This document shows positions 50,688 through 60,614 of a DNA stretch of 64,000 nt, piece after piece. Each line of letters starts with the position of its first letter. The first letter of the stretch is position 1. A program made the translations under genes and the position numbers. The DNA is from an uncultured Poribacteria bacterium. GTDB lineage: Bacteria > Poribacteria > WGA-4E > WGA-3G. The DNA is taken from NCBI GenBank assembly GCA_958296135.2, contig CATQHZ020000001.1, forward strand, positions 2,624,001 through 2,688,000, written 5' to 3'. Below the pieces are notes generated by a model. That model did not search any database, was not told the origin of the DNA, and saw only the letters and a program-made list of their open reading frames with translations.

Positions 50688-51505
50688 TTGTTTTCCCGCC
50701 ACTGCGCAAAGTCCGCCTCAATCTCTTCAGACCATTTTCGATCAATCTCGCCGGGGGTATACTGCCCTTCCCGCAACCGTTGGTGCCCAAACCGGTCGCG
50801 GAGCTGCACCTCCTCGCCGCGTTCAACCACTTGCTGCGCAAAGTGCGGCGGAATAAAAATGACACCGCCGCGCCTACCTAACACCACGTCACCCGGCAAA
50901 ACAGTCGCTTCCCCAATACGGATAGGCGTGTTAATCCCAGTCAACGTGACGTTCGCAATCCCCGTCGGATCGACCCCGCGCACGAAGGTTCCGAAGTCCG
51001 GCAATCCGTAGATGCCATCCAAATCACGGATACCGCCATCGATTACCATCCCGGTCCCAGTTTTCGCATAGATGGAGTTGCCGAGGTTATCGCCAGCGAA
51101 CGTGCCCTCCTTGACTTTGCCGAACAAGTCGACGACGATGACATCATCGCGAACAAGCGTATCGATTACCCACGAGTTTTGTCCACCGACGCGCCCCTCT
51201 TTTTCACCCTGCGCCGAAACTGCATCGTTGAAGTCGGGACGGATAGGCACGAAGGCGCACGTCACTGCCCTACCGACGAGAACACGCTCAGGGTGCAGGT
51301 TCATCCAATCGCCAGCGAATTGGTATGGGTAGCCGTTGCCGTGGAGAACACCCCATGCTTGCTCAATGCTAATTGCCTGCATACGCTGGAGAATATCATC
51401 CGAAACCCGCGGGCGGCCATCGGGAAACCTTTCGCCTTCCCATTTGTGCGTCATCGCGAGGATGCTGTCTTTGTTGATAAGTTGCACGCGAATTCTCTCC
51501 CCCAA
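50684..51505 (-). CDS. RraA/HMG-aldolase-like protein
   Basis: FPDGRPRV, VGRAVT, GDNL, VIDGGIRD and VLPGDVV. Confidence 0.85.
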   Translation of the reverse strand: MGERIRVQLINKDSILAMTHKWEGERFPDGRPRVSDDILQRMQAISIEQAWGVLHGNGYPYQFAGDWMNLHPERVLVGRAVTCAFVPIRPDFNDAVSAQGEKEGRVGGQNSWVIDTLVRDDVIVVDLFGKVKEGTFAGDNLGNSIYAKTGTGMVIDGGIRDLDGIYGLPDFGTFVRGVDPTGIANVTLTGINTPIRIGEATVLPGDVVLGRRGGVIFIPPHFAQQVVERGEEVQLRDRFGHQRLREGQYTPGEIDRKWSEEIEADFAQWRENK

Positions 51506-51556
51506 TAAATAGCCCCTACCGGGACTCCGCGATTTTCGCGTAAATCCTATGCCTTC

Positions 51557-52414
51557 CTACAACCCAGCGTTTTCCCACACCTGCACTAGCGATGCAGCCG
51601 TGGCTTTCGCAGCGGCAGCAGGTTCCATCGCGTTCACCGTTTTGCTGAAGGGTTCCGGCGTTACCGGGCCTTCATAACCGATGTCAGTGAGAACGTGCAT
51701 CAGCTCGGTGAGCGGAATCACGCCGGTTTCAGCGGGGAGGCACCGGATGTTGTCAATCTGTTCGTCCGCATCGATGCCCGCAGGCGCATCGTTGATATGC
51801 ACATAGACGACATCCGCTATGGACAATTTCCGCACATCGTCAATGGTGGAACGGCAGGTATACCAATGCCACGTATCAAACAACAAGCCGACGTTGCCGG
51901 TGCCGACCGCGGCGGCGAGCCCTAACATCGCATCCATTGAATAGGCGAACAGGTGCTTGGCCGCCTTCCGGCTTGTCGCCGGTCCGATGAACTCAAGCCC
52001 AAGCGAATGCCCATAGTCCTTGAGAATCTCGGCGACAGGACGGAGCCGCTTGACAGAAAAATCCCAATTCTCCTGATACGTCATCTCGTTTGAGGCGGGG
52101 CCAACGACGGTAGTCGTGCGGTAGCAGCCGAGCTCGGCCGCCAGTTCGGCGCGCGCTGGTAATTGCGCCAAGCCCGCGTAGTAATCGGCATCGGAACCGC
52201 GCCAATTCACGCCAAATCCCCATCCGCCCATTTTGATGCCGGCTTCTGCCCAGAGTTCTTTGACGAATTGGACAGAGTGTTCTTCCGCAAACTGGCCTGC
52301 CTCGTCGATGCCCAAGTCGAATCCTTCAAAGCCGGCTGCTTTTGCTAATTCCAAGCCTTCTTTCATGTTCGCCCGGATGCCGATGGCACCGGTGCTTAAG
52401 TTTTTAAACATCAT
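51557..52414 (-). CDS. Sugar phosphate isomerase/epimerase (xylose-isomerase-like TIM barrel)
   Basis: LGLEF, LLFDTWHW, VHIND, R.LP and GPVTPEPF. Confidence 0.85.
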   Translation of the reverse strand: MMFKNLSTGAIGIRANMKEGLELAKAAGFEGFDLGIDEAGQFAEEHSVQFVKELWAEAGIKMGGWGFGVNWRGSDADYYAGLAQLPARAELAAELGCYRTTTVVGPASNEMTYQENWDFSVKRLRPVAEILKDYGHSLGLEFIGPATSRKAAKHLFAYSMDAMLGLAAAVGTGNVGLLFDTWHWYTCRSTIDDVRKLSIADVVYVHINDAPAGIDADEQIDNIRCLPAETGVIPLTELMHVLTDIGYEGPVTPEPFSKTVNAMEPAAAAKATAASLVQVWENAGL

Positions 52415-52420
52415 CTCTCC

Positions 52421-53140
52421 CTATTTTTCTATTCGTTTTTCACCGCGCACAACTTTCGCGGCAACTGCCCAAGGATAGTCATTGTCCTCGGCGTTTGCAG
52501 CCCGATAGGTGGGAATCCAGACCCAGCGTTCAGCACCAGAACGGTTCGGATGGCTGGCGTGAAGCGTCAGATCGTGGAAGAAGACAGCACCTCCAGCCTC
52601 CAATTCTGCTGTCACCGCTCGCGTTTCATCCACCGCATCGGGACGGAGACGATTGCCAAAGCCGTGCCCATCACTCGCATCGCCATCGTGGACAACCGCG
52701 GCCTTGTGTGAACCCGGAAACAACTTGAGGCAGCCGTTTTCCACAGTAGCATCATCAAGTGCTACCCAGATGGAGACTTTGTGCGCGCCGTGCCAGTAGT
52801 GCCAATCTTGGTGCCATGGACTCGCGAAATCCATGGATGCGCTCTTGAAGACGAATTTGTCGCTCAAGAATTCAATATCCGGCGCGAGAATGCCCGCTAA
52901 AATATCAATTAACCGCGCATCGCCGATCGCCCCCTGAAAGACAGGGCTCCGTGCTGCCAAACCGACGTAAACGCCATGCCCGGCGACAGCGTCCACACCT
53001 GTTTCTGCCTTGACTACCTCCAGAATGTTGACACACTCCGATTTCAGCCGTTGGACTTCGGCACGCGTGAACAGATTCGGCACGATGGCGAAACCAGTCT
53101 CGGTAAAACTATCGCAAAGCGTTGGTATATCAGGATGCAT
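52421..53140 (-). CDS. PhyH-family Fe(II)/2OG dioxygenase
   Basis: PWHQD, WVALDDATVENGCL..FPGSH and TLHASHPNRS. Confidence 0.9.
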   Translation of the reverse strand: MHPDIPTLCDSFTETGFAIVPNLFTRAEVQRLKSECVNILEVVKAETGVDAVAGHGVYVGLAARSPVFQGAIGDARLIDILAGILAPDIEFLSDKFVFKSASMDFASPWHQDWHYWHGAHKVSIWVALDDATVENGCLKLFPGSHKAAVVHDGDASDGHGFGNRLRPDAVDETRAVTAELEAGGAVFFHDLTLHASHPNRSGAERWVWIPTYRAANAEDNDYPWAVAAKVVRGEKRIEK

Positions 53141-53195
53141 TGTTATGCCTCTATAGACATTGCAGTCTCAACAGACCGCTAGCGGAATAGTGATA

Positions 53196-54260
53196 TCAAA
53201 CGTCAAGTTGCACTTCGCGCCCGGTCTCCGCGCTTTTGAGCAAGCCCTCCATCATCTGCTGGACAATCAGCCCATGGCGGAGGGGGGCCTTGCACGGCAC
53301 GTCGTCGAGGATGCATTCAATAAAGTGCGCTGCGATAGCATCCCACGCCTCTTTATATTTCCCCGGCGGCAGATTCACGTTGATATCCTCGGAGATGCCA
53401 GCATCGTCCGTGCGGAAGAGGCGCAGCGGGCTCAGCGTTGCCCCCGCCTCCGTGCCGAACAGCTCTATCTGAAATTCGTCTGGTTGGTGCGATGCCCAGA
53501 AACTCTCCACTTGCAAGCCGAGCCCGTTCTCAAACGTGATAAAACCGCCGGCGTAGTCGTCCGCCGCATATTTCTCGTAGGTGTCTTTCGGTGGCCGGGT
53601 TCGATTCCAGTAGCCGCGCCCGAGCGGGCCAAACTTCGCGCCAGCCGCACCGAGCACCGCGATAGGCTTTGGCAACCCCAAGAGCCACCAGACTGCATCC
53701 AGCACATGCACACCCATATCACGGAAGGCACCGCCGCCTTTCTGGATGAAACCGAGGTTCCAAGCCGGGATGCCGTTGCGGCGGACGCTGCGCGCGCGGG
53801 CATAGTAGAGCTCACCAAAGTAATCATCGCGCGCGAGGGTGCCAAGATACTGGCAGCTGTCGCCGAAGCGCGTGGAGAGGGACATCATGTTGACAACTCC
53901 CGCCGCCTCCGCTTCGGTTACCAACTGTCGCGCCGCTGCCTCCGAATCCGCGAGCGGTTTTGTTACCATGACGTGTTTGCCGTTGCGCACTGCCTCCAAC
54001 GCAATCGGCACGTGCCACTGATTCGGCGTACCCACGAAGACAGCGTCAATGTCGTCTGCCTGGCACATCTTCTTGTAATCGGTATAAAATGTGACTTCGC
54101 CGGGTAAATCGGCGGCGAAGGCTTGCATCCGGTCTTCAACCAGATCGCAGAGGGCAACTACCTGGCCTCGCGGATTCCGTGAAAGCGCGGCACCGTTCGG
54201 CCGGCCGATGCCCATGCCGACAACCGCGATGCGCGCTGTCCCCTTTGTTTTTGATGTCAT
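53196..54260 (-). CDS. Gfo/Idh/MocA family oxidoreductase
   Basis: VVGMGIG, DAVFVGTPN..H, TKP and GGGAFRDMGVH. Confidence 0.9.
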   Translation of the reverse strand: MTSKTKGTARIAVVGMGIGRPNGAALSRNPRGQVVALCDLVEDRMQAFAADLPGEVTFYTDYKKMCQADDIDAVFVGTPNQWHVPIALEAVRNGKHVMVTKPLADSEAAARQLVTEAEAAGVVNMMSLSTRFGDSCQYLGTLARDDYFGELYYARARSVRRNGIPAWNLGFIQKGGGAFRDMGVHVLDAVWWLLGLPKPIAVLGAAGAKFGPLGRGYWNRTRPPKDTYEKYAADDYAGGFITFENGLGLQVESFWASHQPDEFQIELFGTEAGATLSPLRLFRTDDAGISEDINVNLPPGKYKEAWDAIAAHFIECILDDVPCKAPLRHGLIVQQMMEGLLKSAETGREVQLDV

Positions 54261-54391
54261 AAAAATTCTCCAAATTTAATAGCACCGACGCAGAACAAAC
54301 CCGGTAGGCGCGGTTTTCAACCGCGCGTCTTATCCCACGCGCTTACCAGAGATGCCGGAAAACATTCTTGCGATTCTTGCGATTATCCTGT

Positions 54392-54955
54392 TTAATACGG
54401 CCGGCCTCGCTGATTGAGCGCGGGGCTCACCTCATTTTTAACAGACTTAATCGTGCGGAGATACGCCCAAATTGCCCCGAGGTCTTCGTCCGACATTTCG
54501 GCGTAGTGCTTAGTCGGCATCGGCGGCAGAATCTTCCGATTGGTTTGCTCGCCTTGATGGTGCCCGGTGCGCATCGCACCGATGAACATCGCCTCTGTCC
54601 ACTCGCCGAGCCCTGTTTCGTTATCGGGTGTCAGGTTTGAGGCGAAACTCGTTCCAAAGGGGCCGGAGAAGGCACTCATCGTCGGAGCCGTCAATAAAAA
54701 AATGCCTTGTCGCATCATGCTAAAATCGTAGCGCGGCGCGGGCGCGTTCGCGGGGTGCCCAGCGAGATACATATCCATATTAAAAGCCGCGCCTGCGCGT
54801 GGCGTGTGGCAATGTCCGCACGCACCCACGGTATCAACGAGGTATTTCCCCTTCGCCACTCCATCACTTTGACTCTGGGCACGATTGATGCTCAAAGCAA
54901 TCAGCCCGCCGATAAAAAGTAGCGTTATGCAAAAGATGAGGCTATTTCGATTCAT
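54392..54955 (-). CDS. Secreted c-type cytochrome
   Basis: Signal peptide, GKYLV...CGHCHTPR, ASNLTPD..TGLG.W and PPMP. Confidence 0.85.
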   Translation of the reverse strand: MNRNSLIFCITLLFIGGLIALSINRAQSQSDGVAKGKYLVDTVGACGHCHTPRAGAAFNMDMYLAGHPANAPAPRYDFSMMRQGIFLLTAPTMSAFSGPFGTSFASNLTPDNETGLGEWTEAMFIGAMRTGHHQGEQTNRKILPPMPTKHYAEMSDEDLGAIWAYLRTIKSVKNEVSPALNQRGRPY

Positions 54956-55293
54956 TTCTCTTCCTAGCAGTGTAAATTTAGTCCATTTTAGCATATTGCG
55001 TAAATAGATGCAATAGTTTTGTCGGGAGAAAAAAAGGTTGACCAGATTTATGTTAAACTTTTACAGGAATAACCTATAGGGCATCTTATCACTAGACTTA
55101 TGAAGATTAAGGAAATAACCGGGTTATTTCTGGCACCGGCTACAAGCGGAAACCATAGAAATCCGCCCTTACAGTCGCTGGGCGTGCATGCTCTCCGAAA
55201 AGTATCCGATTTAATACTGAAACTTCAGACGAGCTGCACCTACAGATGCGAGCCATCAATCTAATTTGGTATAATATCATAGAGGTGAAAACT

Positions 55294-55734
55294 ATGTTCA
55301 TGCTGATAGAAAAAAGCGTGCTAACGCTACTCTTGCTCGGGATAGCGTTTTGCATGCAGGGATGCGAGCGAGCTCCCGACATGCTACCGCCTCCCGTAAC
55401 CCAAGACATCTCTTTCACGAACGACATTTTGCCAATCCTCACGGCGCGATGCGCGCTCTCCGGATGCCACGTTGAGAATGGCCCTGAGGACGTAGATCTC
55501 CGCTCCTACGAGACGATGAGCCAAGGCGGCGAACACGGAGCACTCTTCATCCCCGGCAACGCGGAAGAAAGTGAAATTGTCGAGGAAATCGTATCCGGCG
55601 AAATGCCGCTGGGCGGGCCGCCTTTGGAACCCGCACAGATTCAACTCTTCATCAATTGGATTAACGCCGGCGCAGTCGATGATACACCTGCGGTGCAACC
55701 GCCACCCGCTGTTGAGGAAAAAGATGAGGTTTAG
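55294..55734 (+). CDS. Lipoprotein with planctomycete cytochrome c (PSCyt1-like) domain
   Basis: Lipobox MQGC; ISFTNDILPIL..RCALSGCH; MP; WINAGA. Confidence 0.8.
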   Translation: MFMLIEKSVLTLLLLGIAFCMQGCERAPDMLPPPVTQDISFTNDILPILTARCALSGCHVENGPEDVDLRSYETMSQGGEHGALFIPGNAEESEIVEEIVSGEMPLGGPPLEPAQIQLFINWINAGAVDDTPAVQPPPAVEEKDEV

Positions 55735-55951
55735 CCTCGCCGGGGTGCCTCCTGGTAGGCGTGCTTTGAAAGCGCACCTACCAGAGCCGCCCGCTACAAC
55801 CTTTTTTTAATTCTCATAGGGCGCACACAAACCAATCGGGTAACTTGCTCCGCTTCTTGTTTAGAGAACCCTTTTGAGATGTCTGTCCAGACGCGCTCAT
55901 ACCTCTCCGCGATTTCGCTGTCATCACCGTGAAAGAGACGCTCTTCGCGAA

Positions 55952-57223
55952 TTACCACTGCGCAGGCACCGGTGCCTCCTGTGCCTGCGCAAATAATTTT
56001 GCCCACGCATCAGAACCATCATTGAACGTCAATTCCAAGCGCGCGCCCGCTACCTGCGCCTCGCCGTTGCCAGCGTTGAAATAACTCAACCCATCACCCG
56101 CCATATGGATGCAACTTCCATCGGGATAAACAGCGGTTTTGATAATCTCCGGCACCGGATGAATTGTGTAACCTTCCGCATCCAATCTTTCAGCAGGCAC
56201 GCGGAAGCGTTCAACAGCGTCTTCGTCCACCTCAACGCCTAACCCCGGCACATCGAGGATTTTGTGGCACCCCTCCGAAACCTGAACCGGTCGCGTGAGA
56301 AGGTGCTCACCGTAAAGATTGATACAGGTAATCGCCGGCCAGGTGGCATGCGTCAGCACACTGCCCAAATGCCCAGCCCACGTCGTGGTTAAACCGTTGC
56401 CGACGATTTGGAGCCAGAACGGCATAGCCGCTTCGGCACTGAGATGCCCCTCGCGCATCACCTGCGACTTCCCACCGCCGATGACAAAGCCACTACACAC
56501 ATCATCACGGACACACGTAGTATAAGGCGGCGAACCGAAGTGCATCGCAATCGGCCTGTCAACGGCCCGGCGAATCTGCTTATTTCCCGCCACATCGTTC
56601 TGTGGAATCGGTGTCTCGAACATCGCCACGTTCGGATAGGCTGCCAATTTCTGCAAAATTGGGATAGCAGTGACGGCATCGCGCAGGGAACTGTTCGGAT
56701 CCAGATCCAACTTGAAATCGGCAGGCACGACTGCCGCGACTGCCTCCACCTGCGCAATAATATCCCACCACGGGCGAGGTTTGTTCTTGAAACTAGTGTA
56801 GCCGTGCGTAACGGCATCCGCCGCCTCCGCCGCCCAATTCTCAGGCGAGGCATCAATGCTCCACCACGAAATAGGCACAGCATCGCGACACTGCATGCCG
56901 AGCAGCCGATACACCGGCACCTCTAAAATCTTACCTACCACGTCGAAAAGTGCCATCTGCAAACCGGCACCGAGTGAATCATCGTTCATGAGGGCGGCGG
57001 GGCTCTGTCCAAGCACGCGCGCCACGCTCTCATCGCTCACACGGCGATAGGTGTAGTGGATAACCGTCTCTCCCCAACCCACATGCCCGGTATCTGTCAT
57101 CACCTTGCACAATTCAAGGAGAGACCAGTTGTAAACGGTGGAGACACTCTGCGTGGTAATCTGTTGTTGGCGCGGGGTGAAGGGGACATCTACGAGGATA
57201 CGTTCAACGTTTGTAACTTTCAT
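55952..57223 (-). CDS. Mandelate racemase/muconate lactonizing enzyme family protein
   Basis: GWGE, MALFDVVGK...PVY.LLG, FKNK, LDPN and FETP. Confidence 0.88.
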   Translation of the reverse strand: MKVTNVERILVDVPFTPRQQQITTQSVSTVYNWSLLELCKVMTDTGHVGWGETVIHYTYRRVSDESVARVLGQSPAALMNDDSLGAGLQMALFDVVGKILEVPVYRLLGMQCRDAVPISWWSIDASPENWAAEAADAVTHGYTSFKNKPRPWWDIIAQVEAVAAVVPADFKLDLDPNSSLRDAVTAIPILQKLAAYPNVAMFETPIPQNDVAGNKQIRRAVDRPIAMHFGSPPYTTCVRDDVCSGFVIGGGKSQVMREGHLSAEAAMPFWLQIVGNGLTTTWAGHLGSVLTHATWPAITCINLYGEHLLTRPVQVSEGCHKILDVPGLGVEVDEDAVERFRVPAERLDAEGYTIHPVPEIIKTAVYPDGSCIHMAGDGLSYFNAGNGEAQVAGARLELTFNDGSDAWAKLFAQAQEAPVPAQW

Positions 57224-57403
57224 GGTTTTTTGTCCTGACGCAAAGCGTTCGATAAACATTGTTGGTGCAAAAGAGAAACCTACGTCATCCGTCATTGACG
57301 TTGTCAATGACTACATTTTCAGCCGAAGTCCGGTCGTTTTTTCTTTTCGGCAGGAAATGCGCGAGGGACAGGTTTTCCCTCGCGCTACGAGTAGAGGCAC
57401 GTC

Positions 57404-58231
57404 CTAATACCCGGTCTTGACATCACCCCATGTCGTCGTCAACTTGTCCTTGACATGGACATCGAAGCCGCTAGCGGTTGTGACGAGGATGCTATCCACG
57501 CGTCCCATGCCCCAACTTTCGTGCCAGATGCCGACTTCGCCAGCCGACTTGTTCGTCGCCTTGTCCGACTCAAGGATAGGATCCCCGAGGTCTTCGGAAG
57601 AAGCATAGAGGTCCTTGACTTCCTCAAGCTTCATATACCAGACTTTGACGTTGTTGCCCTTTACCTCAACGCGCCCAAAATAGGGGACAGCGTTCGTCTG
57701 GTCCAACCCACCGCCTAACCCGTGGGGAATACCTAGTATCTCCTTGCCGCCATTCTCGCAGCCGCACATGTCCAAGCAGTTGCCAGAAGGACAACATCCA
57801 TCGGCGAGGTCCGCGAAAATGACATGCGGCGTTTCGTTATAGCCGAAAACGACAAGGTACCCTTTATCATCGCCCTTTCTGCGGAATTGCACGCCGAAAC
57901 TATCGTCATCCCCAAACGAGAAGATGACCTGGACGATGCCATCGGTGAAGTCTGTAACGCCGGGCAGCGGCGTATTCCCAGAGATGCCGCAGCCCTCGGC
58001 GGTTTGCGCCATCGCATTTTTCCCGCCAAGCTTACCGCCGTTGAAATCCGCTTCGGCCCAAACGGTGCCCGCGTTCTCCGGTTTATACCGCTTGATGTCG
58101 TTCACAGCGGCACTCGGTTTCGCTTCGTTTGAGCCAGGCTCAAAATCCGCATAGAAGGCGATCTGGGCACCAGCACCAAAAGAAAGAAGTAGCACTAAAA
58201 TCGGAATCGAAAAGATGAGTTGCGTCTTCAT
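57404..58231 (-). CDS. Secreted Cys-rich beta-sandwich protein with KLTTTWG C-terminus (paralog 1)
   Basis: Signal peptide; DDDSFGVQFR, GCCPSGNCLDMCGCENGG and GIWHESW; ends DKLTTTWGDVK. Confidence 0.8.
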   Translation of the reverse strand: MKTQLIFSIPILVLLLSFGAGAQIAFYADFEPGSNEAKPSAAVNDIKRYKPENAGTVWAEADFNGGKLGGKNAMAQTAEGCGISGNTPLPGVTDFTDGIVQVIFSFGDDDSFGVQFRRKGDDKGYLVVFGYNETPHVIFADLADGCCPSGNCLDMCGCENGGKEILGIPHGLGGGLDQTNAVPYFGRVEVKGNNVKVWYMKLEEVKDLYASSEDLGDPILESDKATNKSAGEVGIWHESWGMGRVDSILVTTASGFDVHVKDKLTTTWGDVKTGY

Positions 58232-58376
58232 GAAATCTCTCCTTTATATGTCAGGAAGGACGGCACGAAAACATGCCGTGTTCAGGTTCAGGCGAATGTG
58301 GAACGATATCCGCCGTTTCTTGCAGTAGATAGGCGCGCTTGGAACGCGCGCCTACCGGGACTGTCGCGGACAGAAC

Positions 58377-59210
58377 CTAATAACTGCTCTTCACATCGCC
58401 CCACGTCGTGGAGAGTTTGGCGCGCGGATCGACTGCCGTAGTAGCGAAGCCATCCGGGCCGGTGACAAGCAAGCTTCCAACGCGCCCGTTGCCCCAACTC
58501 TCATGCCAAATACCGACGCTACCGGGGCCCGCGTGGTCTGCCCCGTCAAACTCCGCAACCGGGTCGCCGAGTTCACCGGAATCCACGAACAGATCTGACA
58601 CATCTGCGAGCGGCATATACCAGACCTGGATGAGCGTGCCGGTCACTTGAATGCGGCTAAAATAGGCGACAGAGTTGTCTTGGGAGAGTCCTTCGCCCAA
58701 GCCGTGGTCCACGCCGACGAGCTCATTGCCGCCGTTTTCGCACGTGCACTGATCGAGACATTGCCCGGAGGGGCAGCATCCGTCTGCGAGGCTGCCGATG
58801 ATAATCTGCGGTGTCTCGATATAGCCGAAAGCGACGAGGTAGCCTTGATCTTCGCCGACGCGGCGGAATTGGAAGCCAACGCCATCGTCATCTTGCCACG
58901 AGAAGACACCCTGGATGATACCGTCGGTGAATGCATCAACGCCCGGTAATGGCGTATTGCCGGAGTTGCCGCAGCCTTCCACGGTCTGGTGGAGCGCGCC
59001 ATCCCCGCCTTCGGGGAAATCTGATGCGGCGGCCCATGCCATGCCAGGGTTTTCCGGCTCGTAACTGCCCGGGTCATTGACGCTGGCATCCGGGACAGCC
59101 TCGGAAGAATCGGCTTCAAAGTCAGCATAAAAGATAATCTGCGCGCTCGCATGGGTGATAAGCATCATCGAAAACAGCGCGATGAGCGTCAGCAGGTAGG
59201 TTCGTTTCAT
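58377..59210 (-). CDS. Secreted Cys-rich beta-sandwich protein with KLSTTWG C-terminus (paralog 2)
   Basis: Collinear with paralog 1; ends AVDPRAKLSTTWGDVK. Confidence 0.8.
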   Translation of the reverse strand: MKRTYLLTLIALFSMMLITHASAQIIFYADFEADSSEAVPDASVNDPGSYEPENPGMAWAAASDFPEGGDGALHQTVEGCGNSGNTPLPGVDAFTDGIIQGVFSWQDDDGVGFQFRRVGEDQGYLVAFGYIETPQIIIGSLADGCCPSGQCLDQCTCENGGNELVGVDHGLGEGLSQDNSVAYFSRIQVTGTLIQVWYMPLADVSDLFVDSGELGDPVAEFDGADHAGPGSVGIWHESWGNGRVGSLLVTGPDGFATTAVDPRAKLSTTWGDVKSSY

Positions 59211-59427
59211 GATTATGTTGCTCCTTTAGGTTAGTAATATAAGTAGTACGCAAGTTGAGGTAACCTGCACCAGAAAAGGGGATTCTGCTAATGTGATTAT
59301 CTAGCGGAATCATTCTTTATTTAATTTAGCAAAACTGCACATTTTTGTCAAACAAAAAAGCCGCTATTGTGTTTTCACAATAGCGGCTCCAAACGTTTTA
59401 ACTCTCCTGTTCCAATAAACTCGGTTC

Positions 59428-59545
59428 CTACAATTGCAACCGAAGCACACCGCGCCCCTCTGTGCCCACATACAGCACATCACCATCGACAACCAGCGAA
59501 GTCACGCCCACCGGCAGGGCAGATGCAGCCTCCTCCCACGTCAGC
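59428..59545 (-). pseudogene. Orphan 3' end of a paralog of the ECF-sigma/propeller gene
   Basis: 59434-59545 matches 60648-60759 at 106 of 112 nt and carries its own TAG at 59428-59430. Confidence 0.8.
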
Positions 59546-59578
59546 CTTTACCGGAACGAAAACGAAAAGACCGTGGGG

Positions 59579-60367
59579 TTAGTGCACATCAAGTTGATTA
59601 CACTCTCCATCAACCCAACGCAGGAAAATGTCTGTATCCGGAAAATCGTTCAGGATGTGCCCGATTAAAACAGGTTCGCGGAGTGCAAGCCATAACATTC
59701 CCGAATCCCTACCATATTGCTCAAAGTATTCTCGGATACCTGCCTGATCTTCGCTTTCAATTTTTTTGACGAAATCGGCCATAGCCACGCTGAAGAGCTC
59801 AATACCCTCTGGTTCCTGATTTCCAAAGCGGAAGGACATCCATTTGTCGATGTGCTCATCGTCATCAGACACCTGCCCAAATTCGTTCAGAATCCGAAAA
59901 ATGTCCTGAGGGTTCGCGCACAGCCGCGCTAACATGTTGCGCGTATAGATTGTCATGCGATGCATGCCGACTACGTCTATTTCACCGGGGTTCTTAAAAT
60001 GTTCCTCCAAAAACGGCAAGTAACGCGCCGTGGGTGGAGGAACGACTTCTAACAGTTGATCAAAATCCTGAACCGTTTTGTCAAGCGAATTCTCCCGCCG
60101 TAGAAAATCAAGATAGGTTTTTGAGTTGACGATTTTCCGGAGCGTTTGGAATTCGGCATCGAAAACGCCTGGAAACGCGGTCTGCAGCTTTGCAAATGTT
60201 TGCTCGGGCGTTGGCGTAGTCGCAGCATCTGCGGATTCCGCTGTCTCAACCGGCGAGTCCGCTGCCTCAACTGTCAGATCAACTACGTCACTGGGCCGGT
60301 CCAGACACCCCGAATTAAACAAGAGGCAAACGAGCGTCCACACGGTTAACATCTGAAAGAGCTTCAT
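59579..60367 (-). CDS. Hypothetical lipoprotein
   Basis: Lipobox-like FNSGC followed by a low-complexity linker; AAGGA RBS. Confidence 0.7.
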   Translation of the reverse strand: MKLFQMLTVWTLVCLLFNSGCLDRPSDVVDLTVEAADSPVETAESADAATTPTPEQTFAKLQTAFPGVFDAEFQTLRKIVNSKTYLDFLRRENSLDKTVQDFDQLLEVVPPPTARYLPFLEEHFKNPGEIDVVGMHRMTIYTRNMLARLCANPQDIFRILNEFGQVSDDDEHIDKWMSFRFGNQEPEGIELFSVAMADFVKKIESEDQAGIREYFEQYGRDSGMLWLALREPVLIGHILNDFPDTDIFLRWVDGECNQLDVH

Positions 60368-60614
60368 TGGGTTATTCCTTATGACATTACGAAAGGCGGT
60401 TCCTGCCCAGAGTCGTTGGGCAGGAACCGGACACCGGGTTAGCAACCCGCTAATTTTACCGACAACCAGGCGGCTGCACACATGGCACCCGAAAGGTTGC
60501 ATAAAATGCGGTTTTTCTTAAAAATTCAGAACACACTTGACCGGATTGGATCAAAGTCGCAGTATAAACAAGTGCATAGTCCCACCCAATGCGGAAGTCA
60601 CGACTAGGCGAGAA

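Noticed and set aside
55794-56006. 70-aa minus-strand ORF after the enolase-superfamily gene
   Set aside because: It overlaps the upstream gene end and has no RBS or recognisable motif; it may be a gene fragment but cannot be supported.
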